A stretch of DNA of 64,000 nucleotides from Marsupella aquatica (Eukaryota; Plantae; Marchantiophyta), in contig OZ316894.1 of NCBI GenBank assembly GCA_973895155.1, forward strand, positions 17,204,563 through 17,268,562, given 5' to 3'. The stretch's first letter is position 1; every line of letters starts with the position of its first letter. The notes beneath the pieces were generated by a model. It was not told the DNA's origin, did no database searches, and was given only the letters and a program-made list of their open reading frames with translations. Below, piece after piece: positions 39,694 to 51,916 of the stretch. Both the position numbers and the translations under genes were made by a program.

Positions 39694-42289
39694 CTCCTTA
39701 CATGAAGGATTCTTGAAAGGCATGGAATTAACGGAATTTACTTGGGGGTTGTAAAGATTTGGTCTCCCTTTCCAGAGCATCAAGCTTGTCTGGAAGCTGA
39801 TTTCATTTTGAGGCTGTGGATAGGTCTGTTCTCCCTGCCTAGACTAAGAATTCTCTCCTCAAACTTTTCCTGAGGCGAGATGTGAATCTTGCTTATTGAG
39901 GAAGTTGAGCAGACTGTCAATGCCCCCAAATTTCACACACTACTACAAGGAGAATAGACTGAGAAGCAACATTCTGTTTACTTTGCCCAACTGGGAGGAC
40001 ATATTCGACTTACAGATGTTGCGAATTTCGATGAAATGGTGAGTTGTTGTGAATTCCACATGTATAAGTGCTTTCTGTGGCGATTTCTCCTGGAGACCTT
40101 CATTGGCGCGATTTCAAGCCCAATGATGGAAACAGGAACTGTTCTGGCTAAAAAAGTGAACAAAATCGTTGACAGTAATCTTTTTGCCGCAAACAGTAAT
40201 GTCGAGTATAATACCCAAATTTTAGTACTTTTTCAGGATGTGTGAGGACATATGACATGGCGAGACACTATGAGCCTATGAGCTCCTGGGCTGTATTTTA
40301 TGAATGTGGCAAGGACTCCGTGACCAGTCTCTGCGGCCATCGGTTGTCTGGACAAGACACGTTCCAAGTTAAATGACTTTCAATGCAATGCAGTCTATGA
40401 AACAGTTCTCTCACACTGATGGTGACCGAGTCTACGTTATCCGTCCCTTTCCTGAGTTTGGACCACTTCCATGAGATCCGGGGTCGCGTTGTAACGACAC
40501 AATTCGAACGCTTTAAACGTTGAGGGCACGATCGGATAAACGGTGCACATTGCTTCGACGATTATCGACGAAAAGTCCTCATCGTCAATACTCGTTGAAT
40601 GAGGACCAGTGGTGGCCCGGTCGCACTCCCGATTGTGATGACTGTAGAGAGTACACAGCCCACTAGTCAGGAGAGCCTGTACATCTTCACTTGGCTATTG
40701 CAAATCTCATCTTCGACTACTGGAGGGCCACTGTAGTGCTCGGGATCCTCAATGCAGATGGGGCACGGGGGGTGTGACTCTCTGGCAGATTGTATTCAAC
40801 CCGTCAGGCAGTTCTCGAGGGTCCAAGTCAATGCCCAACGAATCGCCTGGTCTTCCGAAATGGCAAAGGTCAGCCCGATGCCCACCGTTGAGCCATAAAT
40901 TTAAGAAATTGCCCAAGTTCTGGGAAGATCTAGTACCTTACGTCCTTCTGAGAACTGTACCACAGAATTCTTCGGAAAGCACAGATACTTGCAACATGGC
41001 TGTATCAAAAGTGGTCTGTATCAAAAGTGGTCGATGTGAAAGACACCTACAACGACCCAGTGAGAGTCTGAAAGAATCCAGTGGCCTCACCTTCGTCCGT
41101 GTACGACCAAGCTGCACGCCTTTCACCTTCTAAGAATCACTACAAGAAGTCTCGATTCCCTCATGTGCTCCGGAATGGTTCTGACATTTACATGCTTCTC
41201 TTCTATTCTTCTTACAACACAATTAAATATCCCACCAGACTTTTCATTGAAGGCCAGAGCAAATTTGTTTCGATAAAATGTGACCTTAAATTTGAGGCAG
41301 GCCGGCTTCATCCTTTTCATAAGAGTGGATGATATTGTTAGCAAGCCAGGCATGTATTAGTGAGAAAAGGGCATGGAAGAGACTCTATTCTTGAACCATT
41401 AGGGAGACTCAAAGCTGAGGAATTGTATGCGTGAGCAATTGTGGATGATGAGCTTTAAAGGAATGGTCATAACTTTTTCACAAGGTTATGTGAAAACCTC
41501 TAGAGTGACTAATGGTAATGGCATAAGACCAATTCTTATGGCAAAAAGTTATGGACTATAAATTTTGTGGGTCAAAACCTTTTGTGTCTTTAAACTATAA
41601 CTAGGGAGTTAAGGTCCATCAAATTGCCAGCACTAAAGCACTGAGACGCCCTATTGTGCCACACCAACTCTAACAGTCGTGCTGGGGTTATGTCTGATTG
41701 ACCAGTATAGAATGTGAGCTATGTGGGCATCTTAAACCAGCTGTTCCCAGGTTTTTCTTTGGTCAGCTGCTGAGTGTGGGAAATTTCAGTCAGTGACTCT
41801 CGGGTCTAGACTGGAGGCCATTATCCTAGTTTTTGATTGTGCTTACAAGATAGATTCCGCATCAGAAAGAGAGGGATGGTCAATATCTCTAAATCCAGGA
41901 TGGAAAAACCAAGACATTTGTCAGATTTTGAAATGGCAATTGGGATGGGTTCAAAGAACCTCAAGGGGGCTTTGCAAGAACTTGGGGGCACAAACCCTTG
42001 CTGGTCACCCTAGAGTCAAAATACCTAACTAAGCCAAAATGTGTCAGATCTGGAGAAAACAAATACAAGATTCTGAATAGAAATGAAGGTCTAAGTTTTA
42101 GATTAGGGCAAGTTCACATCAGCAAAAAAAGCAACCCACTATAGGTGAAGGGGATAGGTAATGGTTTTGCCAGATTGTGCCCCCAAGTTCTTGCTAGGAT
42201 TGCATCTCAAACAGCAAAGAAGAGACCGGGCTCTGAGTTCTTGTAAAGCCTGCCTTTCTCAGCAACATATAGAAATTGACCAGCCAGCA

Positions 42290-42363
42290 ATACAAATACT
42301 TGGTCACAGACCCCCTTGAAGAGAAAAATTTGGCAAATGGGGTCTGTGACCAAGTATTTGTAT
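42290..42363. repeat. Perfect 25-bp inverted repeat with a 24-nt loop
   Basis: ATACAAATACTTGGTCACAGACCCC (42290-42314) and its exact reverse complement (42339-42363). Confidence 0.9.
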
Positions 42364-44864
42364 GGCTCATTGAAGAGAAAAATGGCAAAATTTTGCCAAA
42401 TGTCTGGGGTTTAGGGTTTAATGTTCTAATCCAAGCAGAAGTACAAGGTTTTGCCACAAAAAATGCTGAAAGGCTGTGCCCTTGAGTTAGAAGCTGTTGG
42501 GCCCATGGCCTTGGGTAGAAAGCTTGTCACACCACTTTGATAGACCCAAGGGGTTTAGGGCCGCCCCATCATTGCACTTTGTTTGGTACTTTTCGTTAAA
42601 ATTAGGGTTTGATTTTGATTTGGCAAAAGGAGAAGTCTTGGTCCAGACCACACGTCGAATGCCCTTGATTCCTCGAAGCAAGACCTTCAAATCATATCCA
42701 GGTCATGGATTACACCATTTTGTCCTGCTGGGGCCAATAATCAATCGGGACCGTAGGATGTGGATATCCCTCTATTATTTATACTGTAATCTCTCGTGAG
42801 CTATTTCGAAGATTGCAGTGAATCACTCCGTATTCCAATGCACTTTTGGCCTTTGAGCAAAAAACATGGCCACATCAGCCAAAAAAAAGGACCCACAATG
42901 GATCCACTAGCAGCTGACCAGGAGTAGGGGATGGTTTTGCTGAATGTAAAGTGAAGTTTGGCCAGGTCCCAGCCGTGTTTAAATGGGTATGATTGCATCT
43001 CAGACACAGAAAACAACAGACCTGTCCCTGAGGTCTTGTCCACTTGAGCTCTTATGCTCTTGTAGAGGACTCTCAGTTTTTTGGGGGCTCCTTGGTGTTC
43101 CCATTGTTTTCTCCACTTTATTAGGGTGTGTTACAATGGTCTCACCAATTTTCCCGCTGGGGTTCTTTCCAACTCCTTTGGGTCAGCCGCCAAGGGAAAT
43201 ATCCATCCGCACCCTGACCAAAACTCAACTGTCAGGCAACCTTTACCTGGGGGGTTTTGGTTTTGAGATGGGTTACAACACCAGCCTCAACATCATCTAA
43301 TTTTTTTCATTTTTTGAGGGAGTCTACACATTCCCATGGGCCAATTGTTTTGGTGCAGATGTTGCAGGTGCACTGACTGCCCAAGATAGTGGCTGTAACA
43401 ATTTTCAGAAACCCTAATTTTGAGACCTGCAACCCAGCCTGCAGCATTCAGTCAAACCCATTCACAGAACAGTTGGCTTGAGACCCATAATGGTCTCCCC
43501 CTGTGGAGATCCTGTCTTCCAAGTTGACGCTATTTGTCGTTGTTGTCATCTGGCAGTAGTGTGATATAATTATAAACAAGGGTAGGTGAGGGTTTCACAT
43601 CTGTCCTCATGGGTACTGTATGTTCGCAGCATCTCCTATTCTCCTGCCAGAATCCAGTGTATTAAGCTCTTTCTTCTAGAACAAGTTCATCGACAACTCT
43701 ACTAGTAGTGCTGGAGGTTGCTTGCTCACTGCATTGCATGGCTGTCTCCTTTACACAATCAATCAATGCGCTTTGGTATGTTCTTTCTTTTTGTTTTCCT
43801 TCTGAAGTTAACTTTCTTTCTGTGAAACTTTCACCAAAAACTTCTTTCTCTTTCACAGTGAGCCAAACCAGTTTTTTAAAATACTTTTTATTCATTGTTT
43901 AAACAAGAACCGTAATTTATACACATGGGAAGGAGCAATTAGTTAGGATCTCGACTTCTGTCATCAGTTTTATCCTTGCAGCATCTTCTGGTCCTCTGAG
44001 ACGAAGGAATAGAAATTGCTTCTTTTGTGATTCTCTACATGGAGAAGCATGTACGGCAAGTTGAATTTTTGTCCGATAATAAAATCTCTCATTCTGTGTA
44101 TTAATCTATCGTGAAGATAATAGTCTCTCAAAACTTGAGCTAAAGGTTTTTTTTCCAAGCCATTACAAGTTGGCAAGAACAATGGGACAAGAAATGATTG
44201 GGGGTGCGGGGTTGGGGGGGCTTTACAAAACAAGGAAAACAAATGACTTGGTGGGGCTTAGTTAGCACATAACTATAGCCTTTGATTAGGTTAACTGAGC
44301 ACAGCTTAACCACAAATAAGGGTTGCTCGGGTTTGACTTATGGAGAAGGGATAAACTCTTATGAGAGCATTTCATTATGCACATACTTAGATGTAAGTTT
44401 CGGGTGAGAGTGAATAAGGGGACTTGTGAAAGAGATATGGCAGATGTACTGGGATTCTTCATAGTGATTATCTCTTGGCTGTGGATATAAGCTGGACAAG
44501 GTGACTATGTATCTCTATATCATTGTTGATTGTTGGGTTTTACAATAGTTTTTTTTGACGTTGTGTCGTGCAATATTAGTCAACACACTTTACAAACAAA
44601 CAAAAACGGGACAAGTCATGAATTTTTTTGGATGTCCCTCAGTCTAAATTATTGCTAAATAGCATTTAAACCGCATTCACTCCAAAAAACTTCAGCCAGT
44701 TTATGCAACCTCCATTCAATAATGATTTGAGGAAGGCATTTTTAACCTGAATAGTCACAATTTGATGATGGCCCCATCAACACAAATGGATTGTCTTTGG
44801 AAGGTAAAATTAGTGAAGGTATTTATCAATGCCAAGCACCCTGCTGCTTGGGCTTGTGCTGGAT

Positions 44865-45745
44865 CTAGAACATAAGTATATACACACTTCTTATATACAA
44901 AGGGACCAAACAGAGTACAAATGAACAAACAAAAGAGGGTCCAAGTGGACAAAACCAAACGTAAAAGAAGTGAGCAAAAGGGAACCACTAAACACCAAGA
45001 AAGAGGAACTAAAAGTAAGAAATGAGCAATAGGGAACCCCTAAAAACCAAGAAAGAGAGACTAAAACTAACCCAAACGGACCGAGGTCCTCATCATTCCT
45101 AGCGAATGTGGCAAAAAGCTAATGGTCCACATCAAGGGTCAAAACTAGATCAGCAAGTGGGATTGGAACATCCTCTAGGGGAGCTAGCCGCTGCGGAGGC
45201 ACACTAGCACCCACTGTAAGAGATCGACGATAGATGGCCCGAGCTTGAGCACGCTGTAAGGTGATTGAAATGCGTTGGCAAAAGTGTGTGGTCAAAACAG
45301 AAAGCGGGGGCCCGGTGGGACCCATTCGGCCATGAACATCCCGGGCAGCTTGCCGAAGAAGCCCATCAAACTGAGGATGAAGACGCCCAAATAGCTCTAG
45401 AGCAAGGGGGAGGAAGCTGTCGGATGAAGCTCGTGCAACATATTTGGCCTCCTTCGTTGTTGCCGCACATGACGCTGCTGCCCCTGCCGTTGTTGCCGCT
45501 GTCCCAATGATGTCTTGGCGCAATGGGTTTGCCACCACTACATCTGCCAAAGTACGTTGACCCTCACGGACCATGGTAAGATCCACCCGTAACCGCTGTG
45601 ATGGAGGACCAGGTAACTCGAGTACCACCTCCCGCTGCACGCATACCAAAGAGCCAGAGAGAACCTGAGCAGTCGCATCTCGCACAGCATCGTGAACAAT
45701 AATGGTTTCATCTCCCAAACTGCACCAAAGAAGATGGACACCTAA
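44865..45745 (-). mobile_element. 5'-truncated RLE-type (CRE-like) non-LTR retrotransposon: zinc-knuckle end, restriction-like endonuclease and 3' UTR
   Basis: Reading frame 45745-45119 gives LGVHLLWCSLGDE..VHDAVRD, RVDL..LADVVV, KEAKY, FLPLALELFGRL and QRISITLQRAQARAI. The 3' UTR has a ~52-bp tandem duplication (44965-45070). The 3' boundary is approximate. Confidence 0.8.
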
Positions 45746-47404
45746 GGCTGACTTTACAAGGCAATTGCCCCATCGCTTCTTTTTATTTCCTTTGAGATTG
45801 CATCTGGACCATATAGTAATTGAAAGTGGCTGCAGTTGGCTTTACTAGAGCTTGAGGGAGTTGATGACAGATCCTACATGCCAAGCAGTGGGCCCAACAA
45901 AATGCTGATGGAGAGTGCTTTGTTTTGTGTAGAGTCTTAGACCAAAATTTAGGACCATTTCAAGAGGTGGTCAAAACATTTTCAAACTTTGGCTCCTTCA
46001 AGGGATATGCATTTTATTGAACTTCGTGTCAGAAGATTTTGATCTAGAGTCTATCTTTAGAACAAGAGGTGACCCCTCACTTCGCTTTGATGACAAAAAG
46101 TCACAAATGCCCCCATGTCTTGTAGAGCTACACAAAGACAAACAAAATTGAAAGCTGTTGGGGCTGGAGTTTCCTTTACTGTGACCTCTTGCAGGGACGT
46201 GTCTTATGGTCCGTTTTTGGGCCTGGGTCATTGTATTAATGCATTTTACATTTTTACTGGTTTAATGTAAAGTGCTTTTGGAAAGAGAAACAAGATTGAA
46301 TACACCCAAAGGAAACCGAGAATGGAGAATCTTGGTAGCTTTATCAGGTTATTTGTTGGAGGTGAACCAAGGAGGCAAACGTTCCAGAACATTAGTATTG
46401 TAGCTTACAATTGTCCCTTGTCATCCATGTCAGCCCTAGTAAGTGGTAGTGCACCTATCCGGTGTAGGGCCCTTGTTTACATCTATATCAGGAGCAAAGA
46501 GGAGAAGCAACGATATATGGCACATATATCTTGAGCTTCTTGTTGCAGCTACTTGAGCTTGTCGAGGCAGCTAGTCACATTATATTACTATAAGTTTGTA
46601 GTGTGGGTTTGAATCGGACCTGCAAGAACCATTCTTATTATTTTTTAGCCAGGAAATAAGTCAAGGCCAGGAAACTATTCTCCTTTTAAAATTTTGAATC
46701 TAAAAAACGATGCATACACTGGAAAGTCAATGCTTACCAAGGATGCTTAGAATATTCTTAAAATTTACAAGATAAAATTACTTATAGGTTTCATTGTAAA
46801 ATTCTTAGGTTTCGCGAGCACCCCAAAATATTTTGTTATCCCAAACTCTCAGTAAACTTAAATTTTTGGCACCTTTTGAGATGGCATGACTTAACTTAGT
46901 GCCATTTTGGGTTCACGCAGGACCTGCAGTTAAAGTCAATTATCCTTCATTTCATAAAATAACCTGCCAGAATGATATTCTCTTGTTTCATTTTTTAATT
47001 TAAAAACAAAGTACACACTGACGAGTCAATGATTACATCAGGATGGTTAGCATAGACCTAAAACACACACGACAAAACTTTTTGGAACTTTCCCCAGGGA
47101 CCCCAGTAATATCTTAGTGGTGCCCAAATTTTTAATGTTTATTTATATATTTTAATATATTCAAATCCGGGATGTCACTGGGTGACTGGGTATATCTACC
47201 ATTTTGCCATTTTGGGAATGAAGTATCAACGACAGAGCTTCTAGAAGATCCTTGGCCTGTTTCATTTGACACCAAAGAAACCCAAATCGTGTCAACCCGC
47301 AGGGTCCTCCTGTCACGGCCTTGGGGACCAAGCACTGGGACTGGCGGCCTCGGTCTACTGTGGGACCCCTGGAGTCCCTGGCGGTTCTTTGGTCCGTCTA
47401 CTGC

Positions 47405-48512
47405 TCAACGTACTTGGCTGGAAAGTCCCATCCGTGGGCTCGTAAAACCTTCGAACGAAGCTTGGGCAAAGGAGAATACCGGCGAAGAACATTCTCCTCG
47501 CGTACGGTATTTTGTTTCCCGGTGAACTGAATCTGGACTTTTTGCAGGTGGATTTGTTCTGTCCACGTTGTAGTTGGCACACTCCATAAGCGCAAAATCT
47601 GGTTTAGTGCAAGATGGCAAGATGTCCTAGTCTTCCCTCTTATTTTTTGAGGAGTTTGCACTTTCCGGGGGTATATTATTATTATTTAAAACATGGCAAA
47701 AATGCATCCCATTAAACTCTCCAACAGAGCTCAAGGCTAAACCCTAAACCCTAAACTATGGTTAGTAGCAGATCTCAAGAGTTCGAGATAGTATATAAGT
47801 TTAAGGACATATCCCAACTTGCCTGAAATGAAGAAGTGTCTAACACATGTTCTGAAGCTCTCTAACAGGTCTTCCAACCATCAATCAATCTGTTCTTCCC
47901 GCTCTTTCATCATCATTCCAGGCGCTTCTTCAGGAGTTGCTCCTAGAGATAAGAAGCTTGCTTCTTAGCAGCTCTCAATGCTTACTCCTTAGACCTTCCT
48001 GTCAATGGGGTTTCTTTTCTAAGCTCAAACAGACCTGGAACTATTTCACTAAAAAACTACTTTATGAGAGCATTGTGTACTCTACTAAGGAATGGTGTGC
48101 ACTTAGTAGGAAGCACATAATCCCATCAGATTGTATTTACTAATAAGTGCATAACTTTCCGAAGTATAGTAAGAAATGTACTTGTGAAGTTGAACACCTA
48201 CTTTTGTGCAGGGATATACAATTTGTGTAATGTGTCTGCTCACAGAGGACGAGGCCACTTAGAGATAAGTGCAAATTTTGGAGGGGTTACTCTGATCAAG
48301 AAATACAAAGAGAGGTGTTAGTGCACAAGGGATCCCGTCTTCTAGAAGTAGTGCAATTATTATTAGAGAGCGCGAGTACCTTGCCTGGAAAGTCCCAATC
48401 GCCGAGCCGGTAAACCTTCGAGACCGATCGAACGAAGCTTCGAACAGGGAGAATACCGGCGAGGAAGATTCTCCTCATGTACAGAACCTTCTGTTCCAGG
48501 TGAATTCAGTCT
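47405..48512. repeat. Pair of diverged ~125-bp direct repeats (47405-47535 and 48375-48512)
   Basis: Shared CTGGAAAGTCCCA..AAACCTTCGA..CGAACGAAGCTT..GGAGAATACCGGCGA..ATTCTCCTC..GGTGAA. Confidence 0.75.
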
Positions 48513-50079
48513 GCAACGAATGGAAGGCTGGCACTTGGCGCACGTGGGTTGGAGAGGAAGCTCTGAAACTTTCCATTTCCAGTTGTGTTCCTTGTACTTT
48601 TGGAAGTAATTATGATTCCTCTTGTCTTTCGTACCTTCTTTTTCTGTCGGGTCTCCACTTTAGGTGTTCCGGGTTCTTCTTTCCTTCGGGTCTGAGCGTA
48701 CTTTACTACTTTAGGTGTTCTGCGGCGTTCGGTTCGTTCTATGAGTACTGGTTTACTTGCAAGGGGACCCAAAGCGATGAAGTTGCTTCGTGATAGGTCA
48801 AATGGACCTCGTTTGCTTTTCCAGGATTGGGCTTTGTTTTGCTCTTTATTTGAGTAGATTGGTCCTATTGAACTTTGCACCACAATTAAAGAGGTTGACA
48901 ATGTGAGGACCCTTCTTCCCATGCCAATGTTCTGCCCTAGCCCTCCATTTTAATCTTATGAATACAACAAGGTCCTGTTTACATAGCCCATTGTTGGTCA
49001 TCACCCTCGGAAAATGAAACCTTTAATTTGAGTTTTGAGGTGCTAACATTGATTATAATGTGGTAAGAGGATTTTCTTAATTTTAAGGTTCTATAATTTA
49101 TTTTTAATGTTTTACTTTTTTTCAGTAATAGTGAAATAGAAATTTCTCAATGAGCCAGTCCTAATCTGGACTCCTTCTTCTCCGTACATGCACCTAAAAT
49201 TGCAAAGAGAACTGTGGAGGCACCCTTTGATATAAGGACTCTACTTTTTGAGGAATATAAGAAAGGGGTGTGCGGTAAGTTTCGGATGTATGAGGAATTA
49301 AGGATGTTTCGTTGAGTTCACACAACTTAGGGTTGACAAATGAGAAAGACGAATAATGCGACAAAGTTGGAATGTTTCATCAAGACAGTTCACTGCCCAA
49401 AGTAAACGATACAAATAAAACTGTGGGCCATCCTTACTCTCATAATGGTCAACAACATAAAATATTCATGCTCAGACAAGCTTCTATCCGCTTTGAATTG
49501 GGTTTGGCCCATTTGAGTATATTGGAACTTTTTCCTTGATCTCTTTCAGACCGAAAGAATGATTAAAAGATGCTCGGAAGACTCGTTGTTTGACCCATCT
49601 GCAAGCTGCATACTTACTCCAGCTTCACGTGTACTTGCTTTCCTCAAATGTGCTTTCCTCAGATGTGAATCTGGTTGCGTCAGCAGAGCACCCCTGTAAT
49701 AGGACAAAGCTGGTCCCCACCTATTTTTATAGACAGAGTGCTTACTTACATTTTTTGGAACAGCATTCTCTTATTGAAAATCTTAGTGTCTACTTGCTGA
49801 AGGGGTAATCTCTCATAAATAAATCAAGATAGTTTCAGTGTACCCGATCTTATTTCTCTGTCTCAGATAGATTCATATGAAAAGATTTGAAATATCACAC
49901 CATAAGGCTTTTAGGCAAGCTCAAAAAATATTGCATTCTTGAAGATTCGACATGCAAGATGGTCATGATACTTCCTTTCCAAACCTGAATCATGGCCATC
50001 AACTTTAGGTGCATGTTGCAAATACTAAAAAAAAAACAAGCAGATCTTATGCTGATGAGAAATATGTACTGTTTTTGAA

Positions 50080-51045
50080 GAAGCAAAATTATATTAGCGC
50101 TCTTCAGCTCCTTCCAATCGACTTTATCTGGCACGTTGAGCCTTGCAAAAATATCGGCACCCTTTGCTCGTCTGCTGGATGTTCTTATAGCGGACACCTT
50201 GACACTCAGAAAATTTGAGGCAGCGTAGTGTGCGGAGCCCCCTCCTCTAATTTGTCCTGCTACTGTTCGCATGCAAACGATTTGAGTTGGTGGTATATTC
50301 CTGTTTTTCCTTGAACAACCATTGCTTAGCTGTAAAATCCGGATTCACCGGGTTGTTAACTATTAGGACCATAAAGGATGGTAGAATTGGTGCTAAAGTG
50401 TCCTGGCCAGATGGATGGAATAAGGTGCATGGCAACTTAGTTTTTTAAGGTTCTTCTGTTTTTGCCAGAGTGGCAATGTCACCCTGTGAAGTAGACGACG
50501 CTTAGAATAATCCTCATCTAATTTTCATAGGTTAGTGTATGACCATTAAATTTCACTAGATTTGAAGATAACCATCAGATTTGGCACATGGGTGGTTAGG
50601 TGGGGAACTGGCTACTTTTAGCCAAAAGTGGCTATTCTTTTGCAGTTAAGAAAATACGTTTTTCACATGGCGGCTTAAGCCAAACAAAACCTATTGGCGC
50701 TCTGGAAACTAAATTGCTCTCCGACTGAATGTTCTTATAGGAGACAGCCTTCGAGACATCTGACGCACCGTTGTCTGCTGAGAATCCTCATTTAAACAAA
50801 CAAAATATATTGGCACTCCTGGAAAAAAATTGCTCTGACCATGCTATTTTAACTTATTAGGAAAGAATATTGAATGTTCCCTTAGCCTAGCCGACACCTT
50901 CTACAGTCAGAAAATCAGAAAATCAGAAAATCTGAGGCAGCATAGTCTGCGTAGATTCCTCCTGAATTAAAACAAACACAATAATACAATTGGCACTCTT
51001 GAGACTGCTCTGCTGAATGTTCGATATTGGACACCTTCTAGAATC
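50080..51045 (+). repeat. Degenerate repeated module (4-5 copies) upstream of the ABCG gene
   Basis: Recurring AAACAAA..ATTGGC(A/G)CTC..TGCTCT..GAATGTTC..GACACCTT; GAAAAT(T/C)TGAGGCAGC(G/A)TAGT at about 50210 and 50926. Confidence 0.65.
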
Positions 51046-51230
51046 TAGAGAGTCAACAAATCTGTAGCAGCTGATTCTGCCCACTCCATCACTTTGTCCT
51101 GATCCTGTTCCCCCTTTTCACATTTTGCTTCCTTACTTCCATGCTTCACAATTGGGAGCCACGTACAGTATGCTACATTCCAAAACTGGTGGGGTAACAG
51201 TTCCGCACAATCCCCCAATCTCTCACCAGC

Positions 51231-51240
51231 TTATATAAGA
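51231..51240 (+). promoter_or_regulatory. Candidate TATA box of the ABCG gene
   Basis: TTATATAAGA lies about 690 bp upstream of the ATG and is followed by a CT-rich leader and a probable 5' UTR intron (donor AG|GTGAGG at about 51674). Confidence 0.4.
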
Positions 51241-51916
51241 TGCTGCGAAGGTCCATGCCTTGCATTGTTAATAATAGTTCAACGAGAGCCGTCTGCAGAA
51301 GCATGATTCAGAAGTGTAGAATTGGCAGACTCTCGCAATCCAATTTTGTGTTGTTTTGATTGATCTTTCTCTCCCCTCCTCTCTCGTGTTCAATCCAAAG
51401 CGTTCACCCATTCGTTGCCTCGCTTTCTCATCTCGCTGGAGCAAGAGTGCTGGACCTCTCCTTGGTTCAGCTGATTCCGTCTTTCGAAATACGTCGATCC
51501 TTGCTCAATTGCGAAAGCACCCTCGCACTCAAAAGCTGGCTAGTTTTGGTGTTTCCCTCCCCTCCTCTCTTGCGTTCAATTTAAAGTCGTCTCTCATTAG
51601 TTGCCTCGCTTCTCGTCGCTGTGGAGCAAGAGTACTCAACCTCCTGATGGTCCAGCCAATGCCTCCGTCTTAGGTGAGGAGCAATGACGTCTTCCTGAAT
51701 TCCCTTAATCTCGATAATTTTCGATTCGATATTCATTTGCGGAAGCAATTTCACCGAATACTTGTGAACGGACTTTGTTCACAGAATTGTATCATCGACT
51801 CAAACCATTTTTTTCCTCGAGTTTTGTTCGATGACTGACTGTGTTTTTTATGTCTTGGGCTGAGTAGAGCGGCGAATCCATTCGAGTAAGCTTACTGCAG
51901 GAAAGATTGACCGATC

